Part shown: positions 9,503 through 20,610 of the stretch, in pieces
Layout: each line of letters starts with the position of its first letter
Numbering within the stretch: position 1 is the stretch's first letter
NCBI GenBank assembly: GCA_963771465.1
Contig: CAVYTU010000013.1
Span: forward strand, 288,001 to 352,000
Direction of reading: 5' to 3'
Source: an uncultured delta proteobacterium
GTDB lineage: Bacteria > Desulfobacterota > Binatia > UBA9968
DNA length: 64,000 bases
Made by a program: the position numbers and the translations under genes
The notes under the pieces: generated by a model
The model's database searches: none
What the model was told of the DNA's origin: nothing
Seen by the model: the letters and a program-made list of their open reading frames with translations, nothing else

Positions 9503-10043
9503 AGCCTCAACCTGCTTTCTTTACTGTCGGTACGCTTCGCAAAATCGACACCAAACGGACTTGTCCGCCAACTACTCATTTCAGTGCGCAATTTTTTTTC
9601 GCCACCCTCGCGCTGCGGCATTAGGGACGCAGGACGACACACGGCGCAAACCAATATCTCGCAACAAATTTCTATGCTTATTGCATGGGGCGAATGTGAC
9701 GCGCCGGTGCGGCGTCTTTCCCGCACGCAAGATGAGCAAGATGAGCAATTAAAAAAGGATAGGATGTGACAACTGCGCAATAAGCTCGGACTCCGCAGTT
9801 CAAATTGAAGCAGCGAGAGAGACGCGATCCTGCCGCAGACAATGGGCCTGTGCCCCTGAGCAGGCAACCGACATCGGCGCCCAGCGAACAATCCTTGGTA
9901 GCCATTGGAACGGCGTGCCGACCAGACAAATTGACTTTGCAACCTAAGCGCTGGATGTCTTCACGGCTCCAGGCTCGCGTCTCGCTCGGCGCACGCAATT
10001 ATTTCAACTGAGGAACTCGGGATTATTCCAACCGGTGGTTTTG

Positions 10044-11427
10044 CTAGGAAATGAAAGCCTGACGATCTAATCGATGCTTGCGCAATAACCGTTGAAAGGA
10101 ACGCCGCTCCTTGCCGGCCGCCCTGGCGGCGCGGCTGACGTTGCCTTGATGTTGGGCGAGCAGAGTGGCGAGATAATGACGCTCGAAGCTCTCGATGGTT
10201 TTGTGCTTCGCCTCGCGCAGCGAGCGCGCCGCTGCGGCTTCGCCGTTGACGCCGGCAGGTAGGTCGATATCTTCAGCCGTGAGTATCGGCGCGCGGGAGA
10301 ACGTCAAGGCGCGAATGATGACGCTCTCAAGCTCGCGAATGTTTCCCGGCCAGGAGTAAGCCATCAGTTTTTGCAGCGCAGCCGCTGAGAGCGCGGCGGC
10401 CGGCCGGCCATGTTCCTTGCCAAAGTGATCGAGAAAGTGCGCCGCCAGCGGCGCGACGTCTTCGATCCGCTCGCGCAACGACGGAATCGTCAGCGACAGC
10501 GCGTTGAGTCGGTAATACAAATCCTCGCGAAACTGCCTTGCTTCAACCCGCATGATCAAATCCGTATTGGTTGCGGCGATCACGCGCACGTTGGCTTTGC
10601 ACGAACGTGCCGAACCGACGGGCCGATACTCGCCGTCCTGAAGAAAGCGCAAAAGCTTGGCCTGGGCCATCAAACTCAAAGTGTCGACTTCGTCGAGCAC
10701 CAGTGTGCCGCCCTCCGCTTCAGCGATGAGGCCCTTTTCCGCGGAACTGGCGTCGGTGTAGGCGCCTTTGACGTGACCGAACAATTCATTCTCAAAGAGG
10801 TGATCCGGTAAAGCTGCACAGTTAATCGGAATAAATGGATAACGCTGGCGCCGGCTTTGATAATGGATGGCGCGCGAAAATAGTTCCTTCCCCGTACCGG
10901 TTTGGCCGATGATCAAGATTGTCGCGTCGGAATCAGCCATCGGCGGTAACGTTGCGGATGGCGCGCATGAATGTTTCGCTGCGGCCGACCAGAGCGCCAA
11001 AGTGCAGCGTTTCTTGCCGGCTGGAAACTTCTCGTTCGGCGGCGCCATTGATCGACGGCCTTAAGAGCCGGCGCACGCGCTGTAAAAATTCCCCTTCGTC
11101 AAATGGCCAGAATGAGAAATCGTCACACTCGGCGAGCGCTTGCTGATCCTGTTTCTGATCGCGGCCGCGGCAAAGCATCAGCAACAGCGGAACGTCGCGC
11201 CATTTCTCTCGACAGCGTGCCACCAAGGAATTCGGCGCGCCGAATTGCGCGGCTTTCAATATAATCAGGTTGGGCATGACGGGGGGATTGCCGGGAAATT
11301 CACGGTCACCGGCCACGCAGGCGCAATCGATGGAAAAAGCGCGGCGCAGCAAGTCCGCAAGCACATCGCAGGTCGTGGCCGCGCACGAAGATGAAGTCTC
11401 GTCGAGAATGAGTACCTGGGCTGTCAT
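10044..11427 (-). CDS. sigma54-dependent enhancer-binding protein (atypical receiver + AAA + Fis HTH), frameshifted near 10945
   Basis: ORF 10933-11427 gives a receiver-like domain and LVGRSETFMRAI. ORF 10044-11048 continues ATILIIGQTGTGKELFSRAIH, FENELFGHVKGAYTDA, FREDLYYRLN, WPGNIRELE, GNVSRAARAAG. One indel joins them. Confidence 0.88.
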
Positions 11428-11645
11428 TACTATGCCCCTGATTTACCGGTGAACGATGCTTGAAATTGTACTATCGGCTCTTGCGCCTGTTGATGGATCG
11501 ATTTGCCGTTGATCGTCATCGTAGACGAGCAGAAATTTTTTTGCCGACACTTATTATATGTTCCAAATTCGTCGTCACTGGCAAGTAGTTTTTTATTTTT
11601 TTTAATAGAGCAACACTCATACCATCGAAGAAAAAAATCGTGCGC

Positions 11646-11662
11646 GGCAACGAGTATGCCAA
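11646..11662 (-). promoter_or_regulatory. sigma54 (-24/-12) promoter upstream of the enhancer-binding protein gene
   Basis: Minus strand TTGGCATACTCGTTGCC: GG-N10-GC with TGGCA and TTGC cores, about 220 bp upstream of the start. Confidence 0.7.
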
Positions 11663-12040
11663 CTCGGCGCAATCGCGCCACTCAAAGAAAAAAAATCTGC
11701 GTTGATCGCGCGGCCGAACCCAGATTCAGACGCGGATTTAGGAAAGAGATCTGCGCGAAAAGCGAAATTGATTGAATCGCTCGCGAATGCGACCTTTCGT
11801 CATGAAAACTTCCTTTAAGATCAGAAGTCGTTCCGATGAAATAAAAATCCTTGGCTCGCAGACGCCTAGTTGTCAGCGCGTAACATCGGTTACACGCATC
11901 GTTTACACCAGCCACGCTCGCAATCAGCGCCGCGGTCGGTGTATGTGAGAAATATTTGAAGTGTGAAAAGGCGCGGATTGCAACATTATGAAGCAAGCGT
12001 TAGCAAAATTGTTTTACGTCGCGGATTGGCGCGGCGAAAA

Positions 12041-12072
12041 TACGCCCTCGCGGTGAACCCGCGAGGGCGTTT
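12041..12072 (-). terminator. rho-independent terminator after the cupin gene
   Basis: Hairpin ACGCCCTCGCGG...CCGCGAGGGCGT followed on the minus strand by ATTTT. Confidence 0.7.
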
Positions 12073-12098
12073 CATAAGATCCGGTTCGGCGTGAAAAC

Positions 12099-12524
12099 TT
12101 AGCCCGTGAAGAACGCGTCGGGAATCACCTCCCGCGGTTTGGCTTTGCGCTCGGTGTAGTCGACGCGCTTGTCCATGGTATTTTGCGCGCGGGCGCTAAA
12201 GCGCAGGATCACCAGCGCTTCCTTGCTGCTGCTCTCAAACCAGTAGGGCGTGCCCCGTGGGATCAAAAGCATTTCATTCTTGTTTAGTTGCGCGACGACC
12301 TTGTCACCCTCGCCGTAAAAGGTTGCCTGGCCGGCGACCACCAGCCAAGTAGCGTCGCTGCCCGCGTGCGCGTGTAGATTAGTCTCGCCGCCTTCGGTGA
12401 CAACCTGAACCGTCGCACCGAGAATATCGGTCCTAAACAGCGATTGTCCTTTTTTTCCGCGGCTCACCATTTGCGGATTAATCTTGGCGACCTTAAACGG
12501 CGCCGGCGTTTCCAACTCAGCCAT
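12099..12524 (-). CDS. cupin domain protein
   Basis: GGETNLHAHAGSDATWLVVAGQATFY...LIPRGTPYWFE; RBS AAGGAGG. Confidence 0.85.
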   Translation of the reverse strand: MAELETPAPFKVAKINPQMVSRGKKGQSLFRTDILGATVQVVTEGGETNLHAHAGSDATWLVVAGQATFYGEGDKVVAQLNKNEMLLIPRGTPYWFESSSKEALVILRFSARAQNTMDKRVDYTERKAKPREVIPDAFFTG

Positions 12525-12766
12525 AAAATATTCCTCCTTGGAAAATAGTTGATGCACTTTAGCGCGATGCAGAAACTGCCGTCAAGCTCCATCGCGCGAG
12601 GTTCAAGAGTGAACGCCGCCGGATCGCGCGGTTCGCACCGGCGCTCCGCGCGTAGGGCCCAAATTATCCTATTTTTGGCTAGCTTTCCTTAAACATCCCG
12701 CTGTGCTATTGGCAAATGCACGAGTCGAGAAGGAATCCTCAGGGATTACCGCTAAGGAGAGACCCC

Positions 12767-13891
12767 ATGGCCAACACGGACCCGACGATGGTGCGCGCCG
12801 AGCGCGAAATGGTCAAGCAAGCCGAAGTCTATAAATCGCCCTATGAGCGATGGAAAGAGGCCGAGGGTCTGCCGACGCTGCGCGGTTACTTCGTTAAGAA
12901 TCTCTTCGAGGTCGAGCTTACGCCGTGGAAATCCAGCGGCGACGGTTCGGCGGCGATTATCAATCTGGAAGGCACCGGCGGTTTTAACGACGCCTACGTG
13001 GCCGAAATCCCGCCCGGCAAATCGCTCAAGCCGCACAAGCATCTGTTCGAAGAGACCATCTACATTCTCAAAGGACAGGGCGCTACCTCGGTGTGGCTCG
13101 ATGCGGCCAAGAAGCAGACCTTCGAATGGCATGCCGGCAGTTATTTCGCGATTCCGATGAACGCCTGGCACGAGCACTTTAACGCCTCCGGCACCGAGCC
13201 GGCGCGTTATGTCGCTATGACCAGCGCGCCGCGGGTAATCGACACATTCGACAATCATAAATTCGTCTTTGACAATCCGTTTGTATTCGACGACCGATTC
13301 AACTCCGAAGAGGCATATTTCCGCGAAGTCGGATCGGAAAATCGATCAACGGCGCTGGCAAACCAATTTCGTCGCCGACGTGATGGCCTGTCAGATGAAC
13401 GAGGGCGGCAGAGGGATCGGCGTCGAAATCGTTAGGCTTCGCGCTGGTCAACGGCACGATGAAATCGCACAGCTCGTTCTGGCCGGTCGGAACCTATAAA
13501 AAAGCCCACCGCCACGGGCCGGGCATCCACGTTGTCATCTTGAAAGGCCACGGCTACTCGCTGATGTGGCAAGAAGGCAAGTCGATCGAAAGAATCGATT
13601 GGGAGCCCGGCAGCATATTCGTGCCGCCGGAGATGTGGTTTCATCAACATTTCAACACGGGAAAGGATCCGGTACTGTTTCTTGCCATCGGCTGGGGCAG
13701 CGACAAGCCGAAGGCCGGCGGTAAGCAGTATGTTTACAAGAGCGTTAAAGAGGGCGGCGATCAAATCGAGTATGAAGATGAAGACTCCGGCGATCCATCG
13801 CGACTATGAGGCCGCGTTGGCAAGCCAGGGCGTAGCTTGCAGAATGGGCGGCAAACATCCCTTCTGCACGGCGAAAGCGGCGGCAGCGTGA
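12767..13891 (+). CDS. bicupin protein (gentisate dioxygenase-like fold), broken by about three frameshifts
   Basis: Cupin 1 PHKHLFEETIYILKGQG...NAWHEHFN; cupin 2 KKAHRHGPGIHVVILKGHGYS...MWFHQHFN; spread over ORFs 12716-13435, 13459-13809 and the tail of 13682-13891. Confidence 0.8.
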
Positions 13892-13972
13892 TGTGTTGCA
13901 GGATTTATCAATCAGCGAGCAATCACGAAGAAAGATGGCATAAAAGGAAATAACAAAGGGGGATTCAGAATC

Positions 13973-14912
13973 ATGGCACAGCGTAAGATAAAAGTTCGCG
14001 GCGTTTATCGTTCGGGCAGTCATATGCCGATCTGGGAAGTGATGGATAAGGCGCGCATTTGGGGAAAAGCCGGGCTCGAGCTGGTCAGCTTCGAGTACTG
14101 CGCAATGCCGCCGGATGCCGAGCGGGCTTTGTTTAAAGGTGAAATCGATTTTATTTCAGGCGACCATTTGACCCCTTATGGTTTGGTTGTCCAAGGCAAG
14201 CCGATCGTCAGCATCGCCTCTCCGGTGAACGGCCAGAACGCCAGCATCGCGTCATGGGAGCCGATCACGTCGCTGCACGATTTGCGCGGCAAGCGCATCG
14301 CCGACACGCCGATGGAAGGACGCAAACGGCGGCTTTCATCATGGCCGCGGCAATCATATGATGTATCTCATCCGCGCCGGAATCGGCATCGATGACGTCA
14401 AGTGGGTCGAAGGTGAAAGCTCGGATGAGCAGTTCGAGGCGTTGAAGATCGGTAAGGCGGATGCGCGCTTTATCTCCGGCGCCGGCGAGAGATACAAAGA
14501 AATGGGCTTGCATATCTTCCCGCTCGGGCCGTTGCCGATGATCAACGGACCGACGCTAACGACTTCTTACACGGTGCTGCAAAAGAAAAAGGGGCTCGGC
14601 GAGCGGCTGGTCAAAGCGTTGGTGCTGGGAATTCACTTCGCCAAGACGCAGCGGCAGAAGACCCAGAAAATTTTAGACGGCCTGAACAAGCGAACCGGCG
14701 AAGATTATCAATATAGCCGGCTCGAACGCATGCCGAGTAAGCCTTATCCGGATGCCCAGGCGATTATCAATGCCTACGACCTTGGCTGTATCAAGTCGCC
14801 CGAAGCCAAACAGTTGAGCCCCATGGCGCTCTGGGATTTGCACTATCTGCGCGAGCTCGACAACTCGGGGTTTATCGATAAACTGTATAAGCGCAAGGCG
14901 GCCAGCGCATAA
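13973..14912 (+). CDS. NMT1/SsuA-like substrate-binding-fold protein, frameshifted near 14325
   Basis: ALFKGEIDFISG, LHDLRGKRIAD, then MYLIRAGI...WDLHYLRELDNSGFIDKLY in the next frame; no obvious signal peptide. Confidence 0.72.
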
Positions 14913-14955
14913 TAATTAATAAGGTGGACACGGTGAACTCGCGAAGGAGGTCGTT

Positions 14956-16505
14956 ATGAAAAGAGTTGCCTCACTGAGTTTAATGTTGCTGATTTGGCTG
15001 AGTGCTATCACCCATCTCGAAGCGGCATCGGCGCAACCCAAGCGCGGCGGCACGATTACGTTGGCTATCAGCAAAGAGCTCGCGTTGATGAATCCATTGG
15101 TCAACACCAGCTCGACCGAGGCGCGCATTCGCGATTTAATGTATGAGCCGTTGCTGGCCAAGGACTTGAAAGGCGCAATTCAGCCGCGCCTCGCCGAATC
15201 ATGGGAGATTTCCAAGGATCGGAAAGTTTACACTTTTAAACTGCGCAAGGGCGTCAAGTTTCACAACGGCGAGGAGCTGACCGCCGACGACATCAAGTTC
15301 GCCATCGACTACACATTGAATCCGAAGAACGGCGCATACGGCTTAGAAGATTTGAGCACCGTGGAACGAGCCGAGGCTGTCGACAAACACACGCTCAGAG
15401 TTCACCTAAAACAACACAATCCGCTTTTTCTTACCGTGCTCACCGAGATTCGTTCGTTCTCGGCGATTCCCAAAGAGTCTCTAGCCGAAGGAATAAGAAA
15501 ACCGACGACATTTCCCGCCGGCACCGGTCCTTTCAAGTTTGTCGAATGGCTGCCCGGCCAGCGCATCGTTTTTGAACGGCATGACGACTACTGGGGCCAC
15601 AAAGCTTATGTTGACCGCGTCATCATGAAAGAGATCGGCGACGCCACCGTTCGCTTTACCGCATTACAAGCCGGCGACGTCGATATCATCGAGCGGACGC
15701 CTTACGAATGGGTGCAACAGCTCGTCGAGGGAAAAATAAAAGGCATCGGCTTCGCCAAAGCGGCCCGCGCTGGCGCGCGCAACCTTGAGTTCAACGTCTT
15801 CGATCCGCCCTTTAATAACAAGAAATTGCGCATGGCGATTGCTCACGCGCTGGACCGCAAGGAAATCATGCAAGCGGCCTATCTCGGTCTGGCCGAGACG
15901 GCTGACCAGAGGTTCCCCAACGGCCACCATTGGCATTTCGATATTCCCGCGGCGCCCTATGACCCGAACAAAGCCAAGGCTTTGTTAAAAGAAGCCGGCT
16001 ACAAGGGAGAGACCCTGGAGCTGATGGGCAACCGCGGTGAAGTCGCCGACGTCGAGGGCGCGGTCATTCAAGCGCAGCTCGCAAGGTCGGCGTCAAGGTC
16101 GAACTGAAAATTTTGGAGCGCGCCTCCGCGCTCGAAGCCCGGCGCCAGGGTAAGTACATGTTCAAACTCGCCGGCGGCAGCGATTTCCCGGACCCGCTAC
16201 CAGCGTATGAAGAATACACCTGTGAGCCGGACCCGAGAAAGCGCCGGCTCAATGAAAGCGGCTATTGCGACAAGGAGTACGACGCGCTCCTGCGAAAGGC
16301 CGAAGCCGAGATCGATCAGGACAAACGCCGGGCGCTGTTCAAGCAAGTGGTCACCAAAGTGGTGCAGGATCTGCCGATCTTTCCGATCGGCTTCACGCCG
16401 CGCTTTTTCACTTTCCGTGACCATGTGAAAAATTTCGTCACCAATGGCGGCGGCGATTTCGAACCTTGGGGCGCCGGATTGAGCCGCGCCTGGGTAGACA
16501 AATAA
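14956..16505 (+). CDS. peptide/nickel ABC transporter substrate-binding protein (family 5), frameshifted near 16080
   Basis: Signal peptide, LAESWEISKDRKVYTFKLRKGVKFHNG, GTGPFKF; C-terminal ORF 16113-16505 continues the family motifs. Confidence 0.88.
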
Positions 16506-16519
16506 AGGGCAAATATGAT

Positions 16520-16591
16520 TTCACCACGAAGGCACGAAGGGTCCGAATAATTGTTTCTTACCTTCGCGCTCTTCGCGTCCTTCATGGTGAA
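16520..16591. repeat. intergenic palindromic REP-like element (TTCACCACGAAG...CTTCATGGTGAA family)
   Basis: Imperfect inverted repeat; related copies at 23769-23845 and 33622-33700. Confidence 0.6.
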
Positions 16592-16650
16592 GCATTCTTC
16601 CATAACCAAGCCAATATTGAATTTGAGGCGGAAACCGCTCTGCTTCGCTC

Positions 16651-17616
16651 ATGCTACTCCGCTATATCGTCCAGCGCATTTGGCAGTTGATCCCGGTACT
16701 CATCTTGGTGAGCATCGCGGTTTTCTTAATCGTACGGCTGATTCCGGGCGATCCCGTGTTGGTGATGATGGGTGTCGATCCCGAAGAGCGCTCGCGCATC
16801 AGCGACGCGCAGTATCAAGCACTGCAACAGCAGTTGGGTTTTGACCGGCCGATCTATGTGCAATACGTCAACTGGGTGAGCCGAATCGTCCATGGTGACA
16901 TGGGACAGTCGCTGCGCTCGCGCCGGCCAATCTTTGAAGTCATCTTTGAACGCTACCCGGCGACGATCTATCTGGCGGCCATCGCTTTGTTCACTGGATT
17001 GATCATTGCCATTCCCGCCGGAGTGATCGCGGCGATCCGACAAAATACCAGCGCCGATTATGCCGCCATGGGATTCGCCCTGTGGGGCATCGCCATGCCC
17101 AATTTCTGGCTCGCGTTGATGCTGATTGTCTTATTCAGCCTCCATCTCGGCTGGCTGCCGTCGATCGGCTACGCCGATCCTTTCGAGGCGCCCTGGCGTT
17201 TCCTCCAACATGCTTGCCTACCGGCGATCGTGATGGGCACCGATCTCGCCGCGCCGCTCACGCGTTACATCCGGGCGGAGATGTTGGAGCAGCTCAAGCA
17301 AGATTATGTTCGTACCGCTTGGGCCAAGGGCTTGCCTTCGCGAATGGTCATCGTCAGACACGCGCTCAAGAACTCTCTGATCGCCGCGGTGACCGTGGTC
17401 GGCCTACAAACTGCGCGGCTATTGGGCGGCTCGACGATCGTCGAGACGGTGTTCTCCTGGCCGGGCATCGGTCGGTTGCTCATCGAAGGCATCTACTCGC
17501 GGGATTATCCGATCGTGCAGGGCAGCGTGCTGCTGATCGCCGTCACCTATGTGTTCATCAATCTTTTCGTCGATATCGCGTATAAATGGTTGGACCCGCG
17601 CATCAAGCTCGAATAA
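16651..17616 (+). CDS. peptide ABC transporter permease (DppB/OppB-like)
   Basis: PGDPV, GFDRPIYVQY, DYVRTAWAKGL, ETVFSWPGIGRL, RDYPIVQG. Confidence 0.93.
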   Translation: MLLRYIVQRIWQLIPVLILVSIAVFLIVRLIPGDPVLVMMGVDPEERSRISDAQYQALQQQLGFDRPIYVQYVNWVSRIVHGDMGQSLRSRRPIFEVIFERYPATIYLAAIALFTGLIIAIPAGVIAAIRQNTSADYAAMGFALWGIAMPNFWLALMLIVLFSLHLGWLPSIGYADPFEAPWRFLQHACLPAIVMGTDLAAPLTRYIRAEMLEQLKQDYVRTAWAKGLPSRMVIVRHALKNSLIAAVTVVGLQTARLLGGSTIVETVFSWPGIGRLLIEGIYSRDYPIVQGSVLLIAVTYVFINLFVDIAYKWLDPRIKLE

Positions 17617-17627
17617 CGAAGGCCGAG

Positions 17628-18527
17628 ATGAAACAAGAAACCTTGCCAAGATCGTGGAGCGCTGCCGATAGCGCCAATTCCTCGTTGCAAAGATTCCTCG
17701 GCGCCTGCCAGGTCATCGCCCGCAGTCGCTTGGCGCTCATCGGAGTCGTTATCGTCGGCGTCTGGCTATTAACCGCCTTGTTCGCCCCGTTCATGGCGAC
17801 CCACGATCCCTATGAAATCAACATCGCCGGACGCCTTAAAAGCCCCAGCGCCGATCACTGGCTCGGTACGGATTACCTCGGCAGGGATAGTTACAGCCGC
17901 ATCGTGTTTGGCGCGCGCACGGCGTTTCAAGTCGCTGTCGGTGCGGTCTTTCTCGGCGCATTTTTTGGTATACCGATCGGTGCCGTTGCCGGCTTCGCCG
18001 GCCGCTGGATCGACTCCGCGTTGATGCGGGTGATGGACGCGATCATCGCTTTTCCCGGCAGACTTCTGGCGATTGCGCTGGTGGCTTCCCTCGGCGGCGG
18101 ACTTTATTCGCTCTACATTGCGCTCGGCATCAATTCGATTCCATCCTACGCGCGCATCGTGCGCGGCGTGGTCCTGTCGCAAAAGCAAAAAGAATACGTC
18201 GAAGCCGCGCGTATGACCGGTGAATCCAACTGGAGCATTTTGTTTCTGCAAGTCCTGCCCAACTGTTTATCGCCGTTGCTGGTACGCCTCAGTCTCGACT
18301 TCGGCCATGCGATCCTGGCCGAATCGTCGTTGAGTTTTCTCGGTCTCGGCCTGCCGCCGCCGACGGCGAGCTGGGGACTGATGTTGAAAGAGGTCACGCC
18401 GTTTCTTCAACTCCAACCGATGGCGGCGTTCTTTCCGGGCCTAACGATCTCGATAATCATTTTGGGTTTCAACTTGCTCGGCGACGGTCTGCGCGACGTT
18501 TTCGACCCGCGCCAGTATGAACGCTAA
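17628..18527 (+). CDS. peptide ABC transporter permease (DppC/OppC-like)
   Basis: HWLGTDYLGRD, EYVEAARMTG, LSFLGLGLPPPTASWG, FNLLGDGLRDVFDPR. Confidence 0.93.
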   Translation: MKQETLPRSWSAADSANSSLQRFLGACQVIARSRLALIGVVIVGVWLLTALFAPFMATHDPYEINIAGRLKSPSADHWLGTDYLGRDSYSRIVFGARTAFQVAVGAVFLGAFFGIPIGAVAGFAGRWIDSALMRVMDAIIAFPGRLLAIALVASLGGGLYSLYIALGINSIPSYARIVRGVVLSQKQKEYVEAARMTGESNWSILFLQVLPNCLSPLLVRLSLDFGHAILAESSLSFLGLGLPPPTASWGLMLKEVTPFLQLQPMAAFFPGLTISIIILGFNLLGDGLRDVFDPRQYER

Positions 18528-18574
18528 AAAACTTTCACTGCCGTCGTGAAAAATAGTTAATCAACGATTCGACC

Positions 18575-19537
18575 ATGGCGCTGCTTGAAGTCAGAAACCT
18601 CTCGGTCAATTTCAACCTCAGGCGCGGCACGTTGGCCGCGGTGCATGATCTTTCGTTCTCCCTGGCGGCGAGCGAAACCTTTGGTATCGTCGGCGAGACC
18701 GGCTGCGGCAAGAGCGTCACCTCGCTCTCGATTCTCCGGCTTGTTCCTTCGCCCGGCGAAATCATCGGCGGCGAAATTATTTTCGATGGCCAAGATTTAC
18801 TCAAGAAGAGCGAGCGGGAGATGGAGAAGATCCGTGGCCGGCAGATTTCCATGATCTTTCAGGAACCAATGACTTCGCTCAACCCGTCGCTCACCGTCGG
18901 CGAACAGATCGACGAATGTTACCGCGTGCACATGGGCCATTCGAAAAAGATCGCCCGCGATTGCACCGAGCATGTTTTGAATTTGGTCCGTCTGCCGGCA
19001 CCCAAGACGCTCGCGGATCGCTATCCCCATGAGCTGAGCGGCGGCATGCGCCAGCGGGTGATGATCGCCATGGGACTGGCGTGTGAGCCCAAACTATTGA
19101 TCGCCGACGAGCCGACCACGGCTTTGGACGTGACGATCCAAGCGCAGATTCTCGAGCTCCTCAAAGAGCTGCAAGAAAAGCTCAAGATGGCGCTGATCTT
19201 CATCTCGCACAACCTCGGCGTGGTCGCGCGCGTGTGCGACCGCATCGGCGTCATGTACGCCGGATCGATGGTCGAGCTGGCTGACAAGAAAAGTCTATTT
19301 ACCAACCCGCAGCATCCGTACACCATCGCGCTGCTCCATGCGATCCCGCGCCCCGAGATGCGCCACGAATCTCTGCACGCGATTCCCGGCGCGGTCTGCA
19401 ACCTCTTCGATCCGCCCCCGGGATGTAAATTTCACCCGCGCTGTACCAAGGCGCAGGACATCTGCCGAACGGAAACGCCACGGCTGGATGAAAAAATTTC
19501 CGGTAGCCGCGCGGCTTGTCATTTTCCTGGTGTCTGA
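18575..19537 (+). CDS. peptide ABC transporter ATPase (DppD/OppD-like)
   Basis: GETGCGKS, LSGGMRQR, IADEPTTALD, C-terminal Cys motif. Confidence 0.94.
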   Translation: MALLEVRNLSVNFNLRRGTLAAVHDLSFSLAASETFGIVGETGCGKSVTSLSILRLVPSPGEIIGGEIIFDGQDLLKKSEREMEKIRGRQISMIFQEPMTSLNPSLTVGEQIDECYRVHMGHSKKIARDCTEHVLNLVRLPAPKTLADRYPHELSGGMRQRVMIAMGLACEPKLLIADEPTTALDVTIQAQILELLKELQEKLKMALIFISHNLGVVARVCDRIGVMYAGSMVELADKKSLFTNPQHPYTIALLHAIPRPEMRHESLHAIPGAVCNLFDPPPGCKFHPRCTKAQDICRTETPRLDEKISGSRAACHFPGV

Positions 19538-20535
19538 TGCCGCTTCTCGAAGTCAAGCACCTTACCAAACATTTCGACGTCAGCGACGGCCTGCTTGGCC
19601 GCTGGCTTGCCGGCGGTAAAACGCTCAAGGCGGTGGATCAGATTTCCTTCGATGTGGCGGAGGGAAAAACTTTCGGACTGGTCGGCGAGAGCGGCTGCGG
19701 CAAGTCGACCACCGCGAGGCTGATTACCCGGTTGATCCCCGCCACCGGCGGCGAAGTCTACTTCGATGGCAAGGAAATTCTCAGTCTCCCCAATCGAGCG
19801 CTGCGCGAGCTACGCAAACATATTCAAATGATTTTTCAGGATCCCTATGCTTCTTTGAATCCGCGCATGCGCGTCGTCGACATCGTCGGCCGACCGCTGA
19901 CGATTTTCTTTGGTACCAAGGGTCAGAAAAAAAACCAGCGCGTGGCGGAATTGCTGGAGTTGGTCGGTCTGAGCGCCGATCATCGCTACCGCTACCCACA
20001 CGAGTTCAGCGGCGGCCAGCGCCAGCGCATCGGCATCGCCCGCGCCTTAGCGACCGATCCCAAGCTGATCATCGCCGACGAGCCGGTGTCTTCGCTTGAC
20101 GTGTCCGTGCAGGCGCAGGTGCTGAACCTGCTGCGCAAACTGCAGCGCGAACTGAATTTGACCATGATTTTCATCTCCCACGATCTAAACGTCGTCGGTT
20201 ATCTCGCCGACAGCGTCGGCGTCATGTACGCCGGTAAGATGGTCGAGATCGCTTCGGTGGAAAACATTTTCAAAGCTCCGTTGCATCCTTATACTCAAGC
20301 GCTGCTGGCGTCCAACCCAACCGTCGGATCGTTCATGGAAGCAATGCCGCCGCCGCTCAAGGGCGAAGTGCCGGTGCCGGTCAACCCGCCGCCCGGATGC
20401 CGCCTCGAGCCGCGCTGTCCGATTCGCGTCGACAAGTGTAAATCCATCGAACCACGCTTGGAAGAAAAAGCAAAGTCGCACCAGGCCGCCTGCCATGAAG
20501 TGGGAAGGGTAGAAACTGTTGAACGGCCCGGCTGA
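19537..20535 (+). CDS. peptide ABC transporter ATPase (DppF/OppF-like)
   Basis: GESGCGKS, FSGGQRQR, IADEPVSSLDVSVQAQ. Confidence 0.94.
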   Translation: MPLLEVKHLTKHFDVSDGLLGRWLAGGKTLKAVDQISFDVAEGKTFGLVGESGCGKSTTARLITRLIPATGGEVYFDGKEILSLPNRALRELRKHIQMIFQDPYASLNPRMRVVDIVGRPLTIFFGTKGQKKNQRVAELLELVGLSADHRYRYPHEFSGGQRQRIGIARALATDPKLIIADEPVSSLDVSVQAQVLNLLRKLQRELNLTMIFISHDLNVVGYLADSVGVMYAGKMVEIASVENIFKAPLHPYTQALLASNPTVGSFMEAMPPPLKGEVPVPVNPPPGCRLEPRCPIRVDKCKSIEPRLEEKAKSHQAACHEVGRVETVERPG

Positions 20536-20610
20536 TCCATCGTAATATCGCCAACAATCGGGCTTCGACGGGCAAATGTGGTGAATAAATAAACTGACGG
20601 AGAACGACGA

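Noticed and set aside
9503-10043. ORFs 9499-9942, 9678-9998 and 9805-10011
   Set aside because: No recognisable motifs or RBS; the region is better explained as regulatory DNA
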